Assembly: GCF_036971445.1 (NCBI RefSeq)
Contig: NC_091479.1
Location: 80,104,001-80,168,000, forward strand
From: Narcine bancroftii
Taxonomy: Eukaryota
Length of the DNA stretch: 64,000 bases
Reading direction: 5' to 3'
The notes beneath the pieces are model-generated. The model was given only the letters and a program-made list of their open reading frames with translations, had not been told where the DNA came from and did not search any database. How positions within the stretch are numbered: the first letter of the stretch is position 1; every line of letters starts with the position of its first letter. Shown one piece after another: positions 49,986-61,300 of the stretch. The position numbers and the translations under genes were made by a program.

Positions 49986-50428
49986 TGGGGGGAGTGGGGG
50001 AGGGGAGGGGTGGGGGGTGGGGGAGGGGTGGGGTGGGGGGTGGGGGAGGGGTGGGGTGGGGGGTGGGGGAGGNNNNNNNNNNNNNNNNNNNNNNNNNNNN
50101 NNNNNNNNNNNNNNNNNNNNNNNNNNNNNNNNNNNNNNNNNNNNNNNNNNNNNNNNNNNNNNNNNNNNNNNNNNNNNNNNNNNNNNNNNNNNNNNNNNNN
50201 NNNNNNNNNNNNNNNNNNNNNNNNNNNNNNNNNNNNNNNNNNNGGGGGAGGGGTGGGGGGGTGGGGGGGAGGGGTGGNNNNNNNNNNNNNNNNNNNNNNN
50301 NNNNNNNNNNNNNNNNNNNNNNNNNNNNNNNNNNNNNNNNNNNNNNNNNNNNNNNNNNNNNNNNNNNNNNNNNNNNNNNNNNNNNNNNNNNNNNNNNNNN
50401 NNNNNNNNNNNNNNNNNNNNNNNNNNNN
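49986..50428. repeat. G-rich (GGGGT/GGGGA)n low-complexity tract with two assembly gaps (N 50073-50243, 50278-50428)
   Basis: Directly visible in the sequence. Confidence 0.95.
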
Positions 50429-51914
50429 CGCCACCTTGGATGTAATAGAGAACAGTATATAATTGCGTTTCAAGGAGGATATAGATTTTATTGTGTATGC
50501 AATATTTATGACTCACAAATAAGCTCCATGAAACGCTTTTTATTGGGATGAAATTTTCATTTTTGGTGTCTAAGGGGCATCTTTCCCGCTTTTTGTTTGC
50601 CTTTAAGTTTCCAAATCAAATATCTATCAACAATGTCCAGTTACTTCGTCCCGTATTGATTGATCTGCTCACTGTAAAAGAGAAACTCTTAGTGCATTTC
50701 ATGATGTTTTGTCTGCTGTAATCTTTCAAACCAGTGATTGCTGATTAAAGTTAATGTTAATCTTGTGCTCATCTGCTAGGAAATTGCAAACTTGAGTGTT
50801 ATTATTAACGTTTAAGATTTGGCCACCCAAATTGTAGAGTTAAGGAAATTGAATTACTTGTTACGTTTTCAAGGCATGGCTCGCACCATCAGAAACAGGA
50901 GAGTTCAAGGTGGTGATGCTGAGATGGAGCTTGAACTGCCACCTGCATCAGGAGAATATTTCCTTCCCTCCCCTCATCTTGGAGATGATAATTGACTTAT
51001 GGAATTGGGTTAGAGGGTTATGGGCAGAGAACAGGAGGGTTGAGCTAGTGGAGTTGTTCTATTGAACCGGTGTGGACTTGAAGGGCCGACATGGCCTGTT
51101 TCTGCTCCGTAAACGGGTTATATGGTTTTTTTTTTGTTTAAGAATAAGTAACGGCAGAAACACACAAGAGTTTTACTTTGGAGAATTCTCTGTGCTTTTG
51201 TTTTCTTGCTTCTGACTGGTAATGTTGCTTTTTTTAATGGTTAAAGGACTATTGAAGTAATATTCCTGCTCTGCCGGTTTTTTCTTCATAGTGTTGAACA
51301 GTTGAACCTTGTGCAAGTATTTTTAATAACAAGTTGTGATGTTCTAACATGGATTAAACAAAATACTGCACTATTGAAATCAATTTCCATAGAGTGTCAG
51401 GATTACAGATGATGTTACAGTGGTCATAAAATTCTGGAATTCTGTGAAATCATAAATGAGCAGTGTAAAAACACACAAGAAAATGAAGATTTTCATTTAT
51501 GAATCCATGGTTGAAATGTCTTAATTTTACAATTTTCATCCTTGCTTTCTGGTCAGTCCATGTTTCTGCCCTCTCTATCTGTAATTTCCTCCAGTTTGAA
51601 ATCAATCCTACAGTTCCATCCTTTGGCATATTGTCAATGTCTATATTCTGGAATTTTCTCTCTCACCACTTTAAGAAATTAATTTAAAATCATCTGGCCT
51701 AAAATCATCTGTGTGCTTTGATGTCAATGATGTAAGTGGTCTTCTAAGGTGTTTGGAATGCTTGTTGTGTTAAAGCTATTATTATCAAAGGGAGATGTTA
51801 TTCTTTTGTGCATTCATCCATTTAGCATCCATTTAGCATCATTAATTCCTCACCTGATGGTCATCAGGTGAATGTGTATTCCTCATTCTATTTTCTCTCT
51901 GCCCAAGTTCTGCT

Positions 51915-53590
51915 CCATTGCAAATAGATTTGCTGATGTTGGCTGAATGATGAGTCCAGACTATAGGATGGAGATCAGTATCTGACTATGGTGCCAAAGC
52001 AACAATGTTCTCAATGCTAGAAATACCAAAGAGCTTATTGTAGGAAGGGGAACCCAAGGGACCATGCATTTGTCTTTATGGTCAGGATGGCAGTGGAGAG
52101 CATTAGTAGCTTCAAGTTCCTGGGTGTCCACATATTTTTTAAAATTTTTTATTTTTCACACCAAATTAACCAAAATACACACAAACCTTTCCCTCTTGAA
52201 TATACAGTGTCATTTTCTCCCCTTTTTCTTCCCTCCCTCCTTCCCACCCCCCCCCCTCCGTACCCACTAAATGTTCAACATATACAATACAATAAAATAA
52301 ACCCATTAAACAATGTCATCACACAATGAAAATAAACAAGAAAATTGTGTGGTTATCTACTTTTACACACTGGGTCAGTTCATTTCGTCGTCTTCTCATT
52401 CTATCATTTTAGGGGGTTGGAGGTCTGTGGTAGGCCCTCTCTGTTATGTTCCATGTACGGTTCCCAAATTTGTTCAAATAATGTGACTTTATTTTTTAAA
52501 TGATATGTTTTTTCCAATGGAATATATTTATTCATTTCCATGTACCATTGCTGTACTCTCAGGCTCTCTTCTGATTTCCAAGTTGACATTATACATTTTT
52601 TTGCTATAGCTAAGGCTATCATAATAAATCTTTTTTGTGCTTCATCCAGTTTGAGGCCTAAATCTTTACTTCTTGTATTACTTAGAAGAAAGATCTCTGG
52701 ATTTTTTGGTATGTTGCTTTTTGTGATTTTTATTTAATACCTGATTTAGATCGTCCCAAAACTTTTCCACTTTCTCACATGCTCAAATTGCATGTACTGT
52801 GTTTCCTGTTTCCTTCTTACAGCGAAAACATCTATCTGATACTGTTGGGTCCCATTTATTTAACTTAATATATAGCCTGTGTAACCAATTATATTGAATC
52901 ATGCGTAACCTCGAGTTTATTGTATTTCTCATAGTTCCGGAGCATAGCTTTTCCCATATTTCATTTTTTATCTTTATGTTTAGATCTTGTTCCCACTTCT
53001 GTTTGGGTTTGCAGCTTATTTCATCATTTTCTTTCTCTTGCAGCTTGATGTACATGTTTGTTATAAATCTTTTGATTATCATTGTGTCTGTAATCACATA
53101 TTCAAAGCTGCTTCCTTCTGGTAATCTCAGTCTACTTCCCATTATGTCCTTTAAGTAGGTTTTCAGTTGGTGGTATGCAAACATTGTACCGTGAGTTATT
53201 CCATATTTGTACTTCATTTGTTCAAATGATAATAAATTATTTCCCAAAAAACAATTTTCAATTCTTTTAATTCCTTTTCTCTCCCATTCTCTAAAGGAAA
53301 GGTTATTTATTGTGAAAGGGAGGATCTCTTGGTGGCAACATATCGAGGAAACGGTGGAAAAGCCACACCAACCTCTATACTTTTTAAAAACTCTGAGGAG
53401 ATCTAGTATGTAATTGAAAACTCTATTGAACATCTACAGGTGTTCTATGGAAGGTGTACTGACTGGTTGCATCACAGCCTGTTTCGGGAACTTGAGTGAC
53501 CAGGAATGGAAAAGATTGCAGGAAGTGGTAAACCTAGCCAAGCCCATTAAGGGTACTGACCTCCCATCCATTGAAAACATGTATGAGAAA
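51915..53590 (+). mobile_element. Rex1/Babar fragment split by an L1 insertion
   Basis: VESISSFKFLGVHI (to 52135) resumes as EDLSWWQHIE...KPHQPLYFLKTLR...ITACFGN...KRLQEVVN from about 53319. Confidence 0.8.
52136..53320 (-). mobile_element. L1 3' fragment (ORF2 C-terminus, 3'UTR, poly-A), relatively young
   Basis: ORFs 52783..53433 (KQKWEQDL...IQYNWLHRLY...CFRCKKETG) and 52404..52622; T-rich tail at 52136. Confidence 0.9.
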
Positions 53591-53595
53591 CCTCT

Positions 53596-54057
53596 CAAAT
53601 TTCACATTTATTGTCAGAGTGCAAGCATGACATCACAATCAACACTGAGATTCTTTTTCCTGTGGGCCAGGCAGAATTACCACTTGTTGATAGTGTAAAA
53701 AAAAACTACACAATGTACACATGTAAACAAATGTTAAACAACTATGCAATGCAGAGAGGAGAAAAAAAACAATAAAGTGCAAAACGAAGAGTCCTTAAAT
53801 GAGTCCCTGATTGAGTTCGTTGTTGAGGAGTCTGATGATAGAGGGGTAGCAGCTGTTCCTGAACCTGGAGGTACGAGTCTTGTGGCACCTATGTCTCTTT
53901 CCTGATGGTAGCAGTGAGAACAGTGTATGTGCTGGTGGTGTGGATCCTTGATGATTGCTACTGCTCTCTGACAACAGCATTCCTCGTAGATGTTTATGAT
54001 GTTGGGAAGGGGTATGCCTGTGATGTCTTGGGCTGTGTTCACTACCTTTTGCAGGGG
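53596..54057 (-). mobile_element. Rex1/Babar 3' end
   Basis: LQKVVNTAQDITG...IIKDPHH and LFSLLPSGKRHRCHKTRTSRFRNSCYPSIIRLLN on the minus strand. Confidence 0.85.
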
Positions 54058-54058
54058 G

Positions 54059-54783
54059 TAAGCAAATAGCGCCTTTGGAAGACTACACAAAAGAGTCTGG
54101 AAAAACAACCAACTGAAAAACCTCACAAAGATTAGCGTATACAGAGCCGTTGTCATACCCACACTCCTGTTCGGCTCCGAATCATGGGTCCTCTACCGGC
54201 ATCACCTACGGCTCCTAGAACGCTTCCACCAGCGTTGTCTCTGCTCCATCCTCAACATTCATTGGAACGACTTCATCCCTAACATTGAAGTACTCGAGAT
54301 GGCAGAGGCCGACAGCATCGAATCCACACTGCTGACGATCCAACTGCGTTGGGCAGGTCACGTCTCCAGAATGGAAGTCCATCACCTTCCCAAGATTGTT
54401 TTATATGGCGAGCTCTCCACTGGCCACCGTGACAGAGGTGCACCAAAGAAGAGGTACAAGGATTACCTAAAGAAATCTCTTGGTGCCTGCCACATTGACC
54501 ACCACCAGTGGGCTGATATCGCCTCAAACCGTGCATCTTGGCGTCTCACAGTTCGGCGGGCAGCAACCTCCTTTGAAGAAGACCGCAGAGCCCACCTCAC
54601 TGACAAAAGACAAAGGATGAAAAACCCAACACCCAACCCCAACCCACCAATTTTCCCCTGCAACCGTGTCTGCCTGTCCCGCATCGGACTTGTCAGCCAC
54701 AAACGAGCCTGCAGCTGATGTGGACATTACCCCTCCATAAATCTTCGTCCGCGAAGCCAAGCCAAAGAAAGAAAGAAGAAAAG
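54059..54783 (+). mobile_element. RTE-clade LINE 3' fragment (AviRTE/BovB-like), young
   Basis: Uninterrupted frame 54062-54718 (ANSAFGRLHKRVW...QLRWAGHVSRME...RGAPKKRYKD...SRIGLVSHKRACS*), CpGs retained, 3' end CGAAGCCAAGCCA plus (GAAA)n. Confidence 0.9.
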
Positions 54784-56099
54784 GAAGTCAGCACACTTTC
54801 TACCACACATCTGTAGAAATGTTCTGGCACATTTGACATTTAAGTTGTCTTAAATTAACCCCCATCACACTGCTACTTCGAGCAGAATGTACAAAGAAGC
54901 CTGAAGTCTGAAATTAGGATTAAGAACAGTTTTTGTTTTCCCAACCAGCATCAGGTTCTCCACCTCCTTGTACTACTCCAGCTATAGATAATAAATATTC
55001 ATGGTTATCCTAATGCCAGAAAAGAAGTGACTTCGCAGTAATGCAGGCAGTCCTTTTGTGGTACATGGTTAGTGTGAAAAGGTTATGTTCAAATGCCTGA
55101 TTGGTGTTTGAAAGAAACTGTTTTTGAGAGGACTGGTCCTCGGGTTTCTGTATTTTCAACTCAAAGGTAGCAGTGAGACGATGTTGGCTGCTTGCTTGAG
55201 GTAGCCCCTCTCGTAAATGTCTTTAGTGGATGGGAGGTCTGAGCCCATGATGACTTTGTTTGCTATCTTTGTAGCCATCTTCATTCATGGGCATCCAAAT
55301 TACAAATTCCGATTTTGATGCAACAGTCAATATACCTTCCACAGAGGTTTGGTAGGCTATTCAACTACATGCCAAATCTTCTCTGGCTCCTTAGAAAGTA
55401 GAAGCATTGACGTGCCTTCTTCATTGTTGCCTCTGTGCTGGATCCAGGAAAGGACTTCTGAAATATGGACTCTCAGGAGTTTGAAGGTACTAACCTCTCC
55501 ACCTCTGTCCCATTGATGTGAAAAGTGCATGGTCCCTTAGCCTCCACTTCCTAAAATAAATAGCAAAATCCTTGGTCTTAATGATATCGAGACCAAGGTT
55601 GTTATTCTGGCATCACCCAATCAGATTCTTGATCTATATTCTGACTCTTCATTATTCTGATTCCTCAATTCCAGTTATTTGATGGGGTCATCAGCAAATT
55701 CTCTATACCACTATATATTTAAGAGGTTAATGATATTGGCATTCAATGTCAAGTATTTAATATATTTTAATCACTATTTCTGCATTTCTTTCTCTTTTAA
55801 TAACATTAAATTCCTCACTTTTATTAGACAATTTTTCCATTTTGTTATGTGTTTTATTTGCTTTTTTAAATTTTCTCCAGTATATTTGTTTAATATTTGA
55901 GTTGGTTCCTTATTGGGACTAATCTTGCCTTGAGGTCTTGGTCCCAATCTGATTTGCTGCCTTTCAGATATTATATTGAAATTCAATCTGCAACTTCTAT
56001 GAATGCACCACTGTTTTGTGTTGCATTTGTTCCCATGATCAATCCACTGGACTCCATGTGAAGTTCAGCTGCAAAGACCAGTCTTGCATTTAATTTTTA

Positions 56100-56325
56100 A
56101 ATTTAGACAGCACAGTAACAAGGCTTTTCGGCCCACAAGCCCATGCCACCCAATTACACCCAATTGACCTACAACGCCATATCGTTTTAAAGGGTGGGTG
56201 GAAACCAGAGAAATCTACGCAGGCACTGGGAGAACATACAAACTCCTTATAGACAATGCCAGATTCGAACCCTGGTCACTGGCGCTGTTACAGTCTTTCA
56301 GTAATTGTTACACTAACTGTGCCAT
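56100..56325 (-). mobile_element. tRNA-derived V-SINE (HE1-like)
   Basis: B-box GGGTTCGAATC on the minus strand, V-domain and CR1-like tail as at 43762-43978. Confidence 0.8.
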
Positions 56326-57436
56326 TTATTATTCTGGGGAATTGCATATCTGGACTTGTAACAGGCCAGATCATACATCGACTGAAACCCCCTTGATGGC
56401 AATGGAAAGGGGAAAATAAATATATATTTTAAATATTTTTTGTTTAATGTTAATTATTTTTTCAAGCTTTTAATTCACTGTTGTATTTCATTTTTAAATT
56501 GTTTTCTTATTTTTAGATGACTGCCTGAGATTTTAAAAACTGTTCAGAACTTTAACAGGACTCAAAGCTCCACCCCAACTCACTTTCCCTCTGGCAAAGC
56601 CTTGTCGGGACATTCCAGAGATTCATGGCCACATCACACAGCTTTGGCCATGAGCCTCAATGCTGTTGAAACCTTCCTGCCTCAAGTGTGCAGAGGCAAG
56701 TAGGATTGGCCCTTCACATTTGGGTGAGGCAATTCTGGGCAGCCAACCAAATCAAATATGGTGCAGCATTCATGCATTTATGAATCTACCACTTATAACT
56801 TTGCTGGAGAGAGTGTTTATTAAAAAATACTTTTGAATAGAATATTTCTAAGCTTATTCTTGGCTATGATGTTATTCCCAATTATTGAAATCAGGGCTGC
56901 AGTTTCTCAGTGCTGGCAGCATATGGACTCAGCTGTATGTTTGTTTCTCCAGGAAGCCTTGCCAGGACTTGTTCCATTACTCAAATCTTGTATAGTTTTT
57001 AAAGGCTGTGAATGGATGCAATAGTTTTTAGATATTTGAACAAAATGCAGTAGTTAATTACAGCTGCTAATATTAAATCTGGTTGAAATCTTATTTTATT
57101 TCTTGCCTTCTATTTCACATTGGTCACTATTTATTTCCTGGCATCTAGGATGTTTCATTCTGTCTTTCTGTCCTTCCCTCCTTCAGCCCCCTTTCCTCCT
57201 CCCCTTCTCCAATCTCTTCCATCCTCTTCTCAACTCCATTTTTGACTGGCCAGTTATTTGAGGAAGAATAGTTTGGTTTAGTTTCTTTCTTCTTTATCCC
57301 TTTTAGAAATGGTTTCATTAGATAATGGTTCGTCTGAATGTGTGAAACCAAGCACATTCTTAACTTGTGCAGACATACAGAGCGTGAAACCTAATGGGTA
57401 GGACAGTCTTTCAAGCTTGTCTTTCATTTTCTCTTT

Positions 57437-57811
57437 AGTCCTTTTTTCACTGGCACCTTGTCCCAGGAATTGATTACCTATTTACTGATTTAAGGGTCCA
57501 GTGGGAAAGCAAATCAATCGGCACGCCGGCGTCAAATCTCGCCAGGGATTGATGGCCTCGGTGGTGGGGTGGGGGGGGGGGGGGTGCCACCGCATCCCCA
57601 GCGTACAGATGAACCCAGTGTGAAAAGGATGAGTCACATGGGACGTTTCCAATTGAAGATAGACTCTCCTATCCACAGGGATGACTTGTGGTCAGTGTGA
57701 AAGCAGGTAGTGTCCCGGTTAAAAGTGGCCCAGTGGGAACAGCAAAAATGGCTTCTTTAATCAGGACACTTAAATGGCCAATTTAACTGGGATGCCAGTG
57801 GAAAAAGGGCT
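57437..57811. mobile_element. PIF/Harbinger-like MITE
   Basis: TIRs AGTCCTTTTTTCACTGGCA (57437) / TGCCAGTGGAAAAAGGGCT (ends 57811); TTA/TTT flanks; internal CCAGTGGGAA/CCAGTGTGAA repeats. Confidence 0.7.
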
Positions 57812-58399
57812 TTAGATAGCTACCAGAACATGTGTTTCAAGCCTGATTACCATCTGCTTCCTCTTGTCCATGACTAGATGTTGTTTTCCTGTTTGATTTC
57901 TTGGTCCTTCAAAAATAATTGCAAATTGATCTGGACACTGCTACTTGTTGCAAATGGAACTTTCATTTGCTGTCTTATAAATTATATGACTGAACTTGAA
58001 ATCAATTCCATTTGAGCTGCACAGCTATCAAAAATTTGTTTTCCTCTAACCCTACTTTTCTATTTTTTGTATTTTTTTTCTTGTTGATAGTACTAATTTT
58101 GTCTCTGGGTTTCTTTGGCACATGCATATGTGATACCCATCTTTAGTATTTTGCAATGTTCACCTGGTCCTGTCCCTATTTTTCTGTTACATTCATGGTA
58201 GTAAAGTCTTGAGTTGGTACTTGGCCTAATGTGTCTTTGTCTGGGTTCATTGTAAAATGACTTTGACATTGTCTTACTCCCTCTTGAATATTTCAGCTTG
58301 TGCAGTGTTGTGAAATTGTCTTATCCCTTTAGTCGTAAAGAGAACTCGCTGTTTTTTAAAAAAAAACTCTTCTGCACTGGGTTTAAATGGATTTAGCTT

Positions 58400-61300
58400 T
58401 TTGTTTCTTTTTTTAAATTTTATTTAAAAGATTTTTTTAAAAGCAAAATACAATCAAATAACAGCAAGAAAATTTTAGATACGTAAAGAAAAAAACCCTC
58501 CCAACCCTTCAGCCAGCTCCCTTAAGGGGAGCCAAATACAAAAACAGAACAGAATATATAGAATATTACAAAGTATTTTCAAATTCATATAGTCCAAGAA
58601 GACCACATATTAACAAAGAAAGAATAATTATTATGCAAGTTGCATGTAGTTTTTTTCAACTGGATACAAGTTCTTAATTCATTTTGCCATCGTACTATAT
58701 TAATCTCCACATTATCTTTCCAAGTACTAGCTACACATTTTCGTGCTACAGATAACGCTAAACATGCAAATGCAATTTGAAATTTATCCAACCCCAATCC
58801 CTTCAAAGAAACCATATAGCCCAATAAAAAAAATTAATTAAACAAAAACGATGGGTCTAATGGTAATTTAATCTTAAATAATTTTTCCAAGACCAATCTA
58901 ATTCCTTCCCAAAATGGTTGTACTTTAACAGAAGACCAAACAGCATGTAAAAAAGTTCCAGTACATAGTCCACATTGAAAACAAGAGACTGAATTACTAA
59001 ACCCATAATTTTTCAATTTCTCTGGAGTTGAATATAACTGATATAAAAAAATTATAATTAACCATTCCATAATCTTACATTCGTCAATTTAGTTACACTG
59101 TCGTGGCACATAACTTCCCAATTGTCTTCAGGAAAAATGTAAGTTAAATCACTTTCCCATTTAAGCCTAGATTTCTCCCATTCCGGTTTATCCACACTAT
59201 CTTGTAACAATTGATACATATCCGAAATATAACCTTTCTTTGGTATAGAGGAAATCAAAGACTCAAATTTTGTCAACATAGGTAAATTCATCTCTTTTCC
59301 ATAATTGTCTTTTATCAAAGCTCTGAGTTGATAGTACACAAATAAATAATTTACAAATATATCAGATTTTTCCCTCAATTAAAGGAAAGAAACTGTCCTT
59401 CTTCAAAGCAATCTGAACTATCTTTATACCCTTAGAATTCCATCTCTTTAAATGATTATTAAACATTGAAAAGGGAATAAGTTGATTATGGTATAATGGA
59501 TATTTTATAAACCATATTTCTTTTACCCCATTTCTTTAACAAGTGCTTTAATACCGGCATATTACATTCACGCAATAAATTCATATTCCATTTAAATATG
59601 AACTGATGTACCTCAACTTCAGAAATACAAACCATTTCCACCTTTGCCCAACTCTGAGGTTGGTCCATATCCATCAATCTACTAACAAATTTCAACTGAG
59701 CTGCTTCATAATAATTTTTAAAATTAGGTAATTGAAGACCACCCAATGCATATTTCCATGCATGTTTATGTAAAGCTACTCATGCTAATTTCCCCTTCCA
59801 TAAAAATTGAAAGTAAACAAGGTATTGACTGAAACAAATATTGGATTCGAGGAAATATATTCATTTTAATACAATTTACTAGACCAATTAACGTTAATGG
59901 AAGATCTTTCCATTTAATCAAATCCATTTTAATCCTTTTTAATAAAGGAACATAATTTAATTTATATAAAGATTGGTAATTTACATTTACTGTTACTCCC
60001 AAATATTTAATTCTATCTGACCATTTCAATTTTATAATATTTTTATATTCTGAATAATCTCCTTCCCCAACTGGTAATATTTCACTCTTATCCCAATTTA
60101 CCTTATATCCAGATAACTCCCCAAATATCAGCAAGCAATCTTGTAAATATTTCAAAGACTGCTCCGGTTCTGTCAAAGAGACCAACACATCATCCACAAA
60201 TAAATTAATCTTATCTTCATCATCTGCAGTTCTCATCCCTTTAATCTTATCGTTCCGTCGTATTGTCTGAGCTAATGGTTCAATAGCCAATGCAAAAAAG
60301 GCTGGTTTTAATGGACAACCTTGCCGAGTCGACCGCGTTAATTTAAATGGTAAAGAACTTTGACCATTTGTCACCACCCTAGGAATTGGTTTTTTTATAT
60401 AAAGCTTTTTAACCCAACCAATAAAATAAGGGCCAAAATTAAATTTCTCTAACACCTTAAAAATTAAATTCAACCCTATCAAAAGCTTTTTCCGCATCCA
60501 GTGGTTGCATTGCTGTCTAGATGCATCACCAATGTGATCAATCTAAGAATGTTATTAGACGCATTTCTATTCTTAATAAAACCTGTTTGATCTACATGTA
60601 TCAACTGAGGTAAATATTTAGCAAGTCTATTCGCTAATACTTTCGCCATAATTTTATAATCTACATTTAGTAAAGAAATAGGCCTATACGAAGATACTTT
60701 CAATGGATCCCTATCTTTCTTTAAAATGACAGTAATTATAGCACTCGAACAAGATTCCAGCAACACCTGATCCTCAGTTATTTGCTGTAGAATATCTCCA
60801 AATATCGAAGATAAATCTTCATAAAATACTTTATAAAATTAAGCTGAAAATCCATCATCCCCTGGTGACTTCCCATTCGGGATCTCTTGTATAGCTTCTT
60901 TAATCTCAAAATCTGTAAATGGAGCTTCTAATTCCATAACCTCCTCCTCTCCTAAAACAGGTAAATTTAATTTAGTTAAATAATAATCAATAGAACCAGC
61001 TTCCTGCTTTCCCTCAGAAGTATATAATTGTTGATAAAATGAGTAAAACTGGTCATTAATTTCCTGAGGTTTATAGGTAACTATTGAATTCTTTTTAACA
61101 GCATTAATAATTTGCGAAGTCTGTTCTGTTTTTAATTGCTTATGAGCCCTCTCACCTAATTCATAATAACATTGCTTAATCGACTAATTAAACGCTCATA
61201 CTAATAGATTTGTAGTGTATTATAATGTAGTTTCAACTTCGCTAAAGGTGCCTTTTTATCTTATGTAATATTTTTCTGAAATTCCTTTTCCAGCTCAGTA

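Noticed and set aside
49644-50551. Long Pro/Gly-rich ORFs
   Set aside because: They run through N gaps and G/C homopolymer repeats.
50430-58400. TULP3 exon 2
   Set aside because: No phase-2 exon encoding the tubby N-terminal KLxxQRxLLExKQ motif was found; it probably lies beyond the window.
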